Position numbers and translations under genes: made by a program
NCBI GenBank assembly: GCA_003599335.1
Contig: QZJN01000007.1
Location: forward strand, 812 to 64,811
Direction of reading: 5' to 3'
DNA from: Candidatus Parcubacteria bacterium
Lineage (GTDB): Bacteria > Patescibacteriota > Minisyncoccia > SURF-38
Length of the DNA: 64,000 bases
Notes under the pieces: model-generated
Databases searched by the model: none
Seen by the model: only the letters and a program-made list of their open reading frames with translations
What the model was told of the DNA's origin: nothing
Shown: piece after piece, positions 10,586 to 19,528 of the stretch
Position numbering within the stretch: position 1 is the stretch's first letter
How the letters are laid out: each line of letters opens with the position of its first letter

Positions 10586-11524
10586 TTATTCTTTTAACGG
10601 ATGGTATTTTTGATGGGTTTTTTGGGCGTATCTTTGAGAAGGATGCACGTAACGAGTTGTGGTTTCAAGAGATTCGTGGCCCAATAAAATCTGTATAGCA
10701 GCCGGATTTGCTCCTTGTTCTGCCATATAAGTCGCAAATCCATGTCTCAAAGAATGGGCACTGGTTGGAACATTAATGCCAAGAATCTCTCTATATTCTT
10801 TAATTTTTTCCTGTAGATAACTCGCAGAAACATTTCTGTCTTGGGCTTTAAGACCCCGACCTTCATGAGGAATAAAAAGATACTCAAAATCATCTGTCCT
10901 CATTTTTAGATATTCATTCAGATATTTCATGGCTCTTGGCGTTAAGTAAACAAAACGTTCTTTTTTGCCTTTGCCGCGTATAAAAATTTTACCCTCACGA
11001 TCAATCTGTGATTTATTCACGCTCAACAATTCTGAAATTCTCATTCCGGTAGAAAATAAAACTTCAAGCATGGCTCTGTTACGCTTGGCAATAATTGTTT
11101 TTCTTTCAAGTTTAGTGGGGGATTCAACAAGCTTTCTTAAATCTTCAAATTCGGCGATTTTTGGGATTTTCTTTTCGGTTTTTATCAATTTTATATTTTG
11201 AGGACTTACTGGGGTTCGATAATCCGACTCAATCAAATATTTAAGGTAATTACGCAATGAAGAAAGGTGTCTGTTTATGGAAAAGCTTGAAAGACGCTTC
11301 TGACCCTTAGCTCCAGTCGTTGTTTCCCGATCCTGGGACACCAAATAGGCCTTATAAAGCTCGAGGGTTCTCTTGCTAACCATTTTAAAATCTTTTACGC
11401 CGGCGTCTTCAGATAAAAATCTTTCAAAAACTTTGAGATCGCGCTCGTAATTGTATACCGTTTCTGAAGAATAATTGTTTGTTTGAAGACTTAACAAAAA
11501 ATCATCAAGTAGGGGTAGGTTCAT
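10586..11524 (-). CDS. Tyrosine recombinase, XerC/XerD family
   Basis: SAM-like N-domain; catalytic R (TGMRISE), K (GKGKKER), HSLRH, LLGH, Y (TTRY); start set at the ATG at 11524, which follows TATAAT. Confidence 0.95.
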   Translation of the reverse strand: MNLPLLDDFLLSLQTNNYSSETVYNYERDLKVFERFLSEDAGVKDFKMVSKRTLELYKAYLVSQDRETTTGAKGQKRLSSFSINRHLSSLRNYLKYLIESDYRTPVSPQNIKLIKTEKKIPKIAEFEDLRKLVESPTKLERKTIIAKRNRAMLEVLFSTGMRISELLSVNKSQIDREGKIFIRGKGKKERFVYLTPRAMKYLNEYLKMRTDDFEYLFIPHEGRGLKAQDRNVSASYLQEKIKEYREILGINVPTSAHSLRHGFATYMAEQGANPAAIQILLGHESLETTTRYVHPSQRYAQKTHQKYHPLKE

Positions 11525-11678
11525 ATCTTTAATTATAGCCAAACGACTATCTATCGCCAAGTGTAAGAGATATTATACCAACCAATATCTATATTTAATT
11601 ATCTATCTATTTGCAACTATTTGAGTTATCCCCCGCAATATAGTATAAATTATTTAAATTTAAAGGAGGTGTTCCCTG

Positions 11679-12014
11679 ATGTTCCTTCGTAGAATCGGGT
11701 TTTATGGTGTCGTCGACGATACCGAAGTATTGGGCCATTTCGTGATTGTTGACGGTCTAATGCACCTGGTCGGACTAAACCAACAACTCCCCACCGAGAG
11801 ATGTGCGGTGGTTGATCCCAAAAATCGAGAAATTGTCGGCTATTGGGATCCAAAAGAATGGAAGTCAAATTTCTTTGTCCAATCAAAAAGCCAAACCCGC
11901 TACACGCTTTGTCGAATCCTTCCAAGCGTCGAAGAGGTGTCTAAACGTGAAAAACAATTTGACGAAGATTTCCTTCGTTCTCTCAACATAACCCCAAACA
12001 TAGAGCCGGAGTAA
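11679..12014 (+). CDS. Hypothetical protein (111 aa)
   Basis: ORF with strong SD AAGGAGGTG and a downstream hairpin; no recognised motif. Confidence 0.7.
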   Translation: MFLRRIGFYGVVDDTEVLGHFVIVDGLMHLVGLNQQLPTERCAVVDPKNREIVGYWDPKEWKSNFFVQSKSQTRYTLCRILPSVEEVSKREKQFDEDFLRSLNITPNIEPE

Positions 12015-12038
12015 AAGCTCGTCTTACTTTGGCTCTAT
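12000..12038. terminator. Hairpin / intrinsic terminator between convergent genes
   Basis: ATAGAGCCGGAGTAA...TTACTTTGGCTCTAT followed by a T run. Confidence 0.65.
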
Positions 12039-12045
12039 TTGTTTT

Positions 12046-12411
12046 TTAACGAAGATATTCCAGTTCGGGACAATTTTTTGCAGCCCTAAACCCGGCAGCT
12101 TCTGCAGCGGCTAAAGAATCAAATAAAACCTTATTTACCTCGCTCATTGCCAAAGCCCCCGGACAATCGGCTAAGTGGTATATTTTTGAGTTCTTATTAC
12201 CCACTATTTGGACCTGCGATGGAGCCTTTGCTTTAATTTCTGATAATTCCGGCGTTATCACCAAAAGGTCTGTTTTCTTTTGAAACCAAAAATTGACCAA
12301 CCCCCAAACCAATAAAACCGAAAAGAAAACAGCGAAAAATACCAAAACAGACTCTTTATTTTTAAATAGCCAGCTCTTGAATATAAGAAAATTCCGTGTT
12401 ATACTCCACAT
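12046..12411 (-). CDS. Membrane-anchored protein with Ada-type metal-binding-like domain
   Basis: TM segment followed by VGNKNSKIYHLADC...F.S...AEAAGFRAAKNC. Confidence 0.75.
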   Translation of the reverse strand: MWSITRNFLIFKSWLFKNKESVLVFFAVFFSVLLVWGLVNFWFQKKTDLLVITPELSEIKAKAPSQVQIVGNKNSKIYHLADCPGALAMSEVNKVLFDSLAAAEAAGFRAAKNCPELEYLR

Positions 12412-12432
12412 CGCCTAAAGCTTAATATTTTA

Positions 12433-12453
12433 TATTTAGAGTTTAGCATTTAG
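12433..12453 (+). repeat. Three tandem heptamers TATTTAG/AGTTTAG/CATTTAG upstream of rpmA
   Basis: Read directly; ends 8 nt before the ATG at 12462. Confidence 0.7.
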
Positions 12454-12461
12454 CATACATT

Positions 12462-12734
12462 ATGGCACATAGAGCCGCTGCCGGTGCAGCAAAACAAGGA
12501 AGAGATTCTCAGTCAAAACGCCTCGGCGTTAAGCTTTTTGCCGGAGAAAAAGCCAAAAATGGAAATATAATCATCCGACAACGAGGAACAAAATTTCTGC
12601 CTGGCAAAAATGTAAAAATCGGATCAGACCATACCATATATGCAATAAAAGATGGGGTTGTTAAATTTGAAAGTAAAATAAAAAGCAGTTTCGACGGCAA
12701 TTCAAAACCGGTCAAGATTGTTCATGTGATTTAA
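12462..12734 (+). CDS. rpmA: 50S ribosomal protein L27
   Basis: MAHR..., [27 protein letters not shown]. Confidence 0.97.
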   Translation: MAHRAAAGAAKQGRDSQSKRLGVKLFAGEKAKNGNIIIRQRGTKFLPGKNVKIGSDHTIYAIKDGVVKFESKIKSSFDGNSKPVKIVHVI

Positions 12735-13176
12735 GCTCCTGTGCCTGAACAATAAATTTTACTTTAGCCTCCAATCCTTCTCCCAAATTAATAATCGCTT
12801 CATAATCTCCCGGCTCCTTAACTGTCGGGAATTTTATTTTTGATTTTTCAACTTCAAATCCTTTTTCTTTTAAGATTTTAGCAACGTCTTGAGGACCAAA
12901 GCCAGCGTAAGCATGACCCCCCTCCCCCACTCTTATTTTTGCTTCAAACTTAGATTCGCTAAGTTTTCTTTGAATTTCAATAAGATTTTGGTGCTTTATT
13001 TTTTTCTGCTCGTTTTGCCTAACTTGCTCTTTTTGCCACCGATCAACGGCAGATTGAGTTGCAATAAAGGCTAATTTTCTGGGTAATAAAAAATTTCTGG
13101 CGTATCCTTCACTCACGTCTTTTAAATCGCCCTTCTGACCAAGCTTTGAAACATTTTCCAGAAGTATAACCTTCAT
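12712..13176 (-). CDS. rplI: 50S ribosomal protein L9
   Basis: [32 protein letters not shown]. Confidence 0.97.
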   Translation of the reverse strand: MKVILLENVSKLGQKGDLKDVSEGYARNFLLPRKLAFIATQSAVDRWQKEQVRQNEQKKIKHQNLIEIQRKLSESKFEAKIRVGEGGHAYAGFGPQDVAKILKEKGFEVEKSKIKFPTVKEPGDYEAIINLGEGLEAKVKFIVQAQELKSHEQS

Positions 13177-13451
13177 AAAATCTCGAAATTTTTAAACTTA
13201 CCAACAGAAGCCATCCACTCAACGCCAACATCTTCAATGTGAGACCCCCTCGGTCCCCTCATAATATGATCGATCAACTGGCGGAGTTCTTCTTCTTTGG
13301 ATTCGGCAATTATCTTAACGGTTCCATCTATTTCATTTGAAACAACCCCGACAATCCCAAGCTCGTCTGCTTTTTTCTTCACAAAATCTCTGAAAAAAAC
13401 TCCTTGAACAATTCCTTTTATTGTTATGATAGCTCGCCTTGAAACCGACAT
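13173..13451 (-). CDS. acyP: Acylphosphatase
   Basis: GIVQGVFFR and VSNEIDGTV signatures; start at the ATG at 13451. Confidence 0.93.
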   Translation of the reverse strand: MSVSRRAIITIKGIVQGVFFRDFVKKKADELGIVGVVSNEIDGTVKIIAESKEEELRQLIDHIMRGPRGSHIEDVGVEWMASVGKFKNFEIL

Positions 13452-13455
13452 AAAA

Positions 13456-14694
13456 CTATAACCCCTTAACAATTTCCAAAGCTTTTTCAAGTTGAGGATC
13501 TTTCCCAGCCTCGATGTCTTCGTTTGTAAGCTCAACAGAAATATCTGGCTCAAGACCCTTATTAGAAATCAAATTCTTATTTGGAGTAAGCCAATTGGCG
13601 ATTGTGAGCTTCAAAGAAGTTCCTTCCTTCAGATCAACCAATTCCTGAACAGACCCCTTACCAAAAGTTTTTGTTCCAATAAGTTTAATTCCCCTAATAT
13701 CCCTCAATGCTCCGGCCAAAATTTCCGAAGCCGAAGCCGAACCTTCATTAACAAGAACAACAATCTTAAAATCTATGAGCTGACTATGCCCTTTTGAACG
13801 AAATACATTTTGCTCGCCATTGCCCAAATCCTCAATAACAACCGGTTCGTCCTTGGCAAGGAAAAATGAGGCTATATCAACCGAAGCCTCAAGAAAGCCT
13901 CCGGGGTTATTTCTTAAATCCAAAACAATCTTATCGCTCCCCGAAGCGAGAATCTGAAAAACTATTTTTCTGAATTCAAAAGGCAGCGTCTCTGAAAATT
14001 GGAACAGCTGTACGTGATTAACTCCTTCTTTAAACTCATAATGGGCAACGGGAATATTAATGACGGCCCGTTTTACCTGAATCTCAAGATCTTCAGAAAA
14101 ATCATCCACTCGCCTTATGGTCAGATTAACCGTTGTTCCCCTCGGCCCTCTTATTTTTTTAACAGCCTCCTCAAGAGTGATTCCGGCTGTTGATTGGCCA
14201 TTAATTTTTATAACTTGATCCCCGGGCCTCAAACCGGCATCCGCGGCTGGAGCTCCTTTCAACGGAGCAACGATGGTTAGGGTGCCGTCGCGTATATCAA
14301 TTTCAGCGCCAATGCCCTCAAACGTTCCGCTCACTTCTTCCAAAAACTGTTTTGTGCTTGTGGGAGTAAAGAAATTTGAATAAGGATCGCCAAGAGCTTT
14401 CACCAACCCGTCAACCGCCCCATAAACAAGCATTTGATAATCAAGGCTGTCTCGATCTACATATCTGTTTTCAATCGCCTCAAAAGCATTCCAAAAAAGA
14501 CTAAAGTCAACTTCGGCGGGCTTGCCAAGCTCTTTGTTTGCTATGCCTGTATAAACTATCCTTTCAGGAAAATAATTTCTGGCCGTAAAAAAACCGGCAA
14601 AAAATATTCCGCCAATCGCAATAATAAAAACGACCGTTTTCCAAAGCGGCCTCTGTGTTTTTAACTTATTGCTAAAATCATCAAAATTATCCAT
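13456..14694 (-). CDS. S41 C-terminal processing protease
   Basis: PDZ domain (FEGIGAEI), LDLRNNPGG, SASASEILAGAL, GTKTFGKGSVQ. Confidence 0.96.
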   Translation of the reverse strand: MDNFDDFSNKLKTQRPLWKTVVFIIAIGGIFFAGFFTARNYFPERIVYTGIANKELGKPAEVDFSLFWNAFEAIENRYVDRDSLDYQMLVYGAVDGLVKALGDPYSNFFTPTSTKQFLEEVSGTFEGIGAEIDIRDGTLTIVAPLKGAPAADAGLRPGDQVIKINGQSTAGITLEEAVKKIRGPRGTTVNLTIRRVDDFSEDLEIQVKRAVINIPVAHYEFKEGVNHVQLFQFSETLPFEFRKIVFQILASGSDKIVLDLRNNPGGFLEASVDIASFFLAKDEPVVIEDLGNGEQNVFRSKGHSQLIDFKIVVLVNEGSASASEILAGALRDIRGIKLIGTKTFGKGSVQELVDLKEGTSLKLTIANWLTPNKNLISNKGLEPDISVELTNEDIEAGKDPQLEKALEIVKGL

Positions 14695-14760
14695 GGCGCA
14701 GTATTGTTATATCATAAAACCATAATATTTATAAGCCCCTATAAAGCGTTTATAGCCCTT

Positions 14761-15318
14761 TTAAGCACCAGCTTTATAGCTTTGGATCATCTGGTACCTT
14801 GCCCCGCCTCGGCTTAAAAAACTCTCCATTATTTCAAAAGATTTTACAGATATGGTCAAATTCAACGATTCAGATAAAACTTCCTTGGCCTCAAACTCTC
14901 CCCTGCCCATAATTCTTCTGCCAAGAGTAATGTGTGGTTTATAAGGATAATAATCCCTCTTAAAACGGATTCCGGCAAAGTTAAGTTTATTTTCGATTGA
15001 ATCATGAAGTTTCTGAAGTTCTTGAGGTGCTTTGACATGAACCCAAATATAACGTGGGTTTTTGGCTGTTGGGGCTAAGGTTATTTCTTCGAGTCTTATT
15101 TCAAAAGGCTCAATCCCCCTCCACGCTTCTTTTAGACAATCAATAACCTTAAGCAATTGTTCATCCACTAAATACCCAACAAAAACGAGGGTGATATGAA
15201 TGTCGTCTTTTTTTGTCCAACGAAAGGGCATGTCATGCCAGCTGGCGCACAAATCAAAAAGCTTTTCCCGAATCGCTTCTGGAAAATTAATGGCAATAAA
15301 TATCCGATGCTGATTCAT
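14761..15318 (-). CDS. thpR: RNA 2',3'-cyclic phosphodiesterase (2H phosphoesterase)
   Basis: RIFIAI N-terminus, two HxT motifs (HITL, PHITLGR). Confidence 0.93.
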   Translation of the reverse strand: MNQHRIFIAINFPEAIREKLFDLCASWHDMPFRWTKKDDIHITLVFVGYLVDEQLLKVIDCLKEAWRGIEPFEIRLEEITLAPTAKNPRYIWVHVKAPQELQKLHDSIENKLNFAGIRFKRDYYPYKPHITLGRRIMGRGEFEAKEVLSESLNLTISVKSFEIMESFLSRGGARYQMIQSYKAGA

Positions 15319-15359
15319 TAATTTTTCTTTAACCCTTATTAATTTTTTTATGATTTAGG

Positions 15360-15379
15360 ATGTTAACAATTGTTAACAT
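15360..15379. promoter_or_regulatory. Perfect 20-bp palindrome ATGTTAACAATTGTTAACAT (putative operator, copy 1)
   Basis: Intergenic, about 40 bp upstream of the thpR start; 16-bp core recurs at 15662 and 24529. Confidence 0.7.
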
Positions 15380-15411
15380 GCATACTTTAATAAATAAAGA
15401 AAAAACCATGC

Positions 15412-15615
15412 TTAAAGTTTGGGTAGTATAAGAGTTTTAAATCCGGCCTCGCCTCGCACGCGTAATTTCATCGGCAATTTATCCGTTGGGATAATAAATG
15501 ACCTTCCAACCTTATAAGCCGTGATGTCACCTCCTTTTATTTTTTTAAATATAGTTATGCGGCTTAAGCTTAGTGATTTTGCCAAGTCCGCAACAGAAAT
15601 AAAACCCTTATTCAT
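15412..15615 (-). CDS. Small excisionase/MerR-like helix-turn-helix DNA-binding protein (HTH_17-like)
   Basis: FISVADLAKSLSLSRITIFKKIKGGDITAYKVGRSFII matches the Xis-like winged HTH pattern. Confidence 0.85.
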   Translation of the reverse strand: MNKGFISVADLAKSLSLSRITIFKKIKGGDITAYKVGRSFIIPTDKLPMKLRVRGEAGFKTLILPKL

Positions 15616-15661
15616 AAATTTGATAGATTTTTACCTCAAAAGATTACCATGAACATCGCAC

Positions 15662-15677
15662 GTTAACAATTGTTAAC
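15662..15677. promoter_or_regulatory. Perfect 16-bp palindrome GTTAACAATTGTTAAC (putative operator, copy 2)
   Basis: In the divergent intergenic region, 46 bp upstream of the HTH gene start. Confidence 0.7.
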
Positions 15678-15744
15678 CTGCTTTAGAAAGGATACCATAA
15701 AAGAGATATTTCTTGATAAACGCCCCAATAATCTGTTTAATAGA

Positions 15745-16041
15745 ATGACAACCAACATGCAGGAAAGCTTCAAAAAGATAAAATCGGTTATTTCTGAAAA
15801 AGACAAAAAATCCGATCAAAAAAAGAAAAAGCCGATAAGAGAGTTCCAGGCTGTTGTCGATGATTTACATGGTCTTTTTGGTTGGAGAAAAAAGCGCCCG
15901 TTTATGTACGCGATTGCTTCAAAAATGAAACGCCCGAGAGATCTTTTTGATCTTGGAAAAAACGAGGTCTTTAACCGAGGCCTTCGTGGAGAAAGGGCAT
16001 ATCGGTATATACTTGGGATACTAAAAATAAAGGGTAAATAA
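15745..16041 (+). CDS. Basic hypothetical protein, first gene of the def-fmt unit
   Basis: ORF ends 1 nt before def; ATG at 15745 or 15757; C-terminal YRYILGILK weakly recalls DnaD-like domains. Confidence 0.65.
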   Translation: MTTNMQESFKKIKSVISEKDKKSDQKKKKPIREFQAVVDDLHGLFGWRKKRPFMYAIASKMKRPRDLFDLGKNEVFNRGLRGERAYRYILGILKIKGK

Positions 16042-16042
16042 A

Positions 16043-16543
16043 ATGAGTGAAGTTAAACCAATCGTAAAAAACCCAAATCCTGTTTTAAGACAAAAGGCAA
16101 AACTCGTGCCTCCTAAAAAAATTTCCGAAGAAGAATTTACGGAAATCATAGGAAATATGAAATCAACCCTAAACGCCACTCCAAACGGTATCGGTCTTGC
16201 CGCTCCCCAAATAGGTCATTCTTGGAGAATTTTTATCGTAAAAATACCCGAATATGAAGGCGTATTCATAAACCCAGAAATTATGGATATAGGAAAAAGA
16301 ACAACCCTTCTTGAAGAAGGGTGCCTAAGCGTAACCGATACTTATGGCCCGGTCGCAAGGCCAAAAACAATAAAAATAAAAGCCCTGAACGAACAGGGTC
16401 TTCCTTTTAAAGTTCGCGCTAAAGGATTGCTGGCAAGAGTGATTCAACATGAGATTGATCATCTTGATGGAACTTTATTTATAGATAAAGCCGAAAAAAC
16501 CTATCGGGTTGAACGTCAAAACCAAATCACAGGAAATGAATAA
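16043..16543 (+). CDS. def: Peptide deformylase
   Basis: GIGLAAPQIG, EGCLS, QHEIDHLDG. Confidence 0.97.
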   Translation: MSEVKPIVKNPNPVLRQKAKLVPPKKISEEEFTEIIGNMKSTLNATPNGIGLAAPQIGHSWRIFIVKIPEYEGVFINPEIMDIGKRTTLLEEGCLSVTDTYGPVARPKTIKIKALNEQGLPFKVRAKGLLARVIQHEIDHLDGTLFIDKAEKTYRVERQNQITGNE

Positions 16544-17495
16544 AACTTACGGAACAATTTTTATGGGGACTTCGGAATTTGCAGTGCCAATTCTTAAAAC
16601 TTTGGCAACTTCTGCATCGCTTAAAAAGGCTCACGTTGAAATTGTTGAAGTTATAACAACTCCCGACACAAAATCAGGCCGCGGTTTAAAACTCACTCCC
16701 CCACCGGTAAAAATCGAGGCAGAAAAGCTTGGTCTTAAAATAATTCAACCCCAAACACTTATAGAAAAAGAATTACCTAAAGCCGATCTGATAATTCTTG
16801 CGGCTTATGGCAAGATTCTCCCATCCTGGCTCATTAAACTCCCAACTAAAGGCGCTCTAAATATTCACCCCTCTTTACTCCCAAAACTAAGGGGCGCAAC
16901 ACCCATTCAAACGGCAATCTTAGAGGGTTGGGAACAAACCGGCGCTAGCCTCTTTGTGATGGATGAAAAAATAGACCACGGTCCCGTTATCGCACAAGTC
17001 AATTGTCCAACCGCAGAAAATGAAACTTACACTTCGCTTGAAAAAAAGTTGGCCGAGCTTGGAGCTAAATTATTGGAAGAAAGCTTGCCAAACTGGCTTG
17101 AAGGTAATATCACAGCGAAAACACAGGATGACTCGCAAGCGACACAAACGAGGTTAATTAAAAAACAAGATGGAAAAATTGATTGGAGCAAGTCAGCTAA
17201 AGAAATTGAAAGACAAATACGAGCCTTTGAACAATGGCCAGGTTCATATTGCGTATGGCGCATGACCGATGACAAAGAGTTAACTTTAAAAATTACAAAA
17301 GCAAATCCCTTATACCAACACATAAAAAGCACGCATGATACTGGGAAAATTATGTATGTAAACGGCAAAATTGGCGTGGTAACGGGAGATGGAATATTAA
17401 TGCTGGAACGGGTCCAACCTGCGGGGAAAAAAGAAATGAGCATTGAAGAATTTGCCCGCGGCCACAAAAACTTTATAAATTCAAGTCTAAACTAA
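16536..17495 (+). CDS. fmt: Methionyl-tRNA formyltransferase
   Basis: IFMGTSEFAV, NIHPSLLPKLRGATPIQ; follows def; start at the ATG at 16536. Confidence 0.96.
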   Translation: MNKTYGTIFMGTSEFAVPILKTLATSASLKKAHVEIVEVITTPDTKSGRGLKLTPPPVKIEAEKLGLKIIQPQTLIEKELPKADLIILAAYGKILPSWLIKLPTKGALNIHPSLLPKLRGATPIQTAILEGWEQTGASLFVMDEKIDHGPVIAQVNCPTAENETYTSLEKKLAELGAKLLEESLPNWLEGNITAKTQDDSQATQTRLIKKQDGKIDWSKSAKEIERQIRAFEQWPGSYCVWRMTDDKELTLKITKANPLYQHIKSTHDTGKIMYVNGKIGVVTGDGILMLERVQPAGKKEMSIEEFARGHKNFINSSLN

Positions 17496-17496
17496 A

Positions 17497-18111
17497 GTGA
17501 AAAACACAATTAAAGGAGTTGTTTTTGACGTTGGGGGCGTACTGATTAAAGAAACGGATAAACAGATTTATTCAAAAATCAGTAGGGAAATAAACATATC
17601 TCACAACAAATTAGAAGAGATTATCGAAAAAAATCTAAGTCCTATAGAGCGCGGATATTGTTCGATTTTGGATTTTTGGAAAAAAATATGTCGAGATTTA
17701 AGGATTAAAAAACCTTCGCCACAAAAACTTGCTAAGGTTTTTTTATCCCACTACCAACGGAGTGCGAAAATTCAAAAACAAGTTTTAGCGATAACGCTTA
17801 AATTAAAAAGGAATTATAAACTCGGAATAATTTCAAACACAATCAATGAACATGCGGCTATAAATAAAAAACGAGGTTTTTTCAAATATTTCCATGTGGT
17901 AATCCTTTCAAGCAAGGTTGGTCTAATAAAACCCGAGAGAAAAATTTATCAGCTCGCAGCAAAACTACTTCGTTTAAAACCCAAAAACATAATGTTCATA
18001 GACGACCAGTCAAAAAACATTGGACCGGCAAAGAAATTTGGTTTTGATGCAGTCAGGTTTACTTCGGTAAAAAACCTAAAAGCTGCCTTAAGGAAACGTG
18101 GAATTAGCTAA
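17497..18111 (+). CDS. HAD-family hydrolase (YihX-like)
   Basis: VVFDVGGVL, ISNT, KPE..IY, FIDD. Confidence 0.9.
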   Translation: MKNTIKGVVFDVGGVLIKETDKQIYSKISREINISHNKLEEIIEKNLSPIERGYCSILDFWKKICRDLRIKKPSPQKLAKVFLSHYQRSAKIQKQVLAITLKLKRNYKLGIISNTINEHAAINKKRGFFKYFHVVILSSKVGLIKPERKIYQLAAKLLRLKPKNIMFIDDQSKNIGPAKKFGFDAVRFTSVKNLKAALRKRGIS

Positions 18112-18170
18112 AAATTAGAAGTTAATATATATTAACCTGCAAATTTTTACTAAATACCAAATACAAAAAC

Positions 18171-19331
18171 CTATCTACCCTTAATCACCAACAAATTTTT
18201 TCCTCCTTGTAGTAAAGTTTCTTCCGAGCCTGTCCAATCGTGCCAGGCTTTTTCAATTGTTTCATAAGAATACCTCAACCCCTCTCCTCTGATTGTCCCG
18301 GGGTCATTAGTTATAAACTCTTTAGTTGTATCATCGTACCCGGTTACAACAACAGTATGATACGGCGGGCCAGGCTGAACAAAATACGGATTGTTGAGCA
18401 GCTTCCCGGCGGCGGGCAAAATAACTGCATATCCTTTTACAATCGCAAGTTTAATATCTTCAAAATCTGCGTTATTTATAATTTCATAGTTTGAAATTCC
18501 ATAAAATCCTTCAAGCAAGCTTGCAACCTCTTTCATATCGGAATTAACATAATGCCCAAAAACTTTCTCTTCATATACAACCATCTTTAAAAGCTGATCG
18601 TCAATTTCGGCTAAGGGAATGGTTTTTTTTCCTTCAAAATACTTAACAGCCATCAAAATTGTTGCTTCCTCACAAGCCTCTTCATATGGATGGTACCACT
18701 TTGCAAATGGAGCCTGCACGGCAAAAGGAACCGAAATACTATGCCTAGCAGGAAGAACTTGGGCATCTAAAGACGCCTTGGCAACCTGACGCATTAAATT
18801 AATCTTAACCGGCTGCCCAACTTCAAATCCGTATAATTTGCTCAAACCGCCGTTTATCTCAAGGGCGTAGCTTGCGCTTTGAACCGGGACATACGTGGCC
18901 GGAGGCAAAGAAGAATCTTTTTGTGCCGGCAAGTTGTGGGCAATTTCAACAATTTTATCTTCGTTTATAAAAATAATATCAAGGTTTATTTTGGTATCTT
19001 GCATCCAAAAAGAATGCGTTCCCGCAGCTTCAAAGACAAAAAGCATTCCCCTATCGTCTGCTAAAGAGACTTGCCCGGAAAGGCCCTTGCTTCTCGTTTC
19101 TGCAGAACTTGCTACCCAGACATTAAACTTTTTGCCCGAAATTTCAACTTCTCCTTGAGCCAGGCTGGCAAGGTTATCTGTTGCTAAAACAGGCTTCTCG
19201 TTTACAACCTCTGGCGTACCAATCTCAATGGTACGTCCCGTTGAAGTAAAAAACTTCTCGTGGTTGTACACGAGATATAACTCTCCCGCCAAAATTAAAG
19301 CCAAAACGCCTATAAATATATTTCTAACCAT
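18171..19331 (-). CDS. DUF192 domain fused to C39-like cysteine peptidase, membrane anchored
   Basis: GMLFVF...FWMQDT...LDIIFI...YALEINGG (DUF192); VPFAVQAP...ACEEA...YHTVVVTGYD...NDPG (Cys-His-Asp). Confidence 0.85.
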   Translation of the reverse strand: MVRNIFIGVLALILAGELYLVYNHEKFFTSTGRTIEIGTPEVVNEKPVLATDNLASLAQGEVEISGKKFNVWVASSAETRSKGLSGQVSLADDRGMLFVFEAAGTHSFWMQDTKINLDIIFINEDKIVEIAHNLPAQKDSSLPPATYVPVQSASYALEINGGLSKLYGFEVGQPVKINLMRQVAKASLDAQVLPARHSISVPFAVQAPFAKWYHPYEEACEEATILMAVKYFEGKKTIPLAEIDDQLLKMVVYEEKVFGHYVNSDMKEVASLLEGFYGISNYEIINNADFEDIKLAIVKGYAVILPAAGKLLNNPYFVQPGPPYHTVVVTGYDDTTKEFITNDPGTIRGEGLRYSYETIEKAWHDWTGSEETLLQGGKNLLVIKGR

Positions 19332-19409
19332 CTCTAAATATAGTTATAACCCAAATCTTTGGTTATTTGAAGTGGTGGCTACTATGATGGTAAGATATGG
19401 ACGGTTTAA

Positions 19410-19522
19410 AATTTCCAATTTCTAATTTCCAATAAATAACTCAATTTCTCAATTTTTTAAAAGTGTGAGGCTTAAACCGTTGAAAACCGATTGTAAATTG
19501 AGAACTGAAAATTGTAAATTAG
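19410..19522. repeat. Heptamer-repeat element with inverted arms (AATTTCC/AATTTCT left, G(T/A)AAATT right)
   Basis: aatttccaatttctaatttccaa...tcaatttctcaatt versus ttgtaaattgagaactgaaaattgtaaatt; ends just before dnaX. Confidence 0.65.
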
Positions 19523-19528
19523 TATTTT

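Noticed and set aside
10586-12038. Class-type integron (IntI plus cassette)
   Set aside because: The recombinase lacks the IntI-specific insertion and no RYYYAAC...GTTRRRY attC is present
19332-19528. SRP RNA (ffs) upstream of dnaX
   Set aside because: No GC-rich stem or conserved SRP domain IV motif; the region is AT-rich repeat
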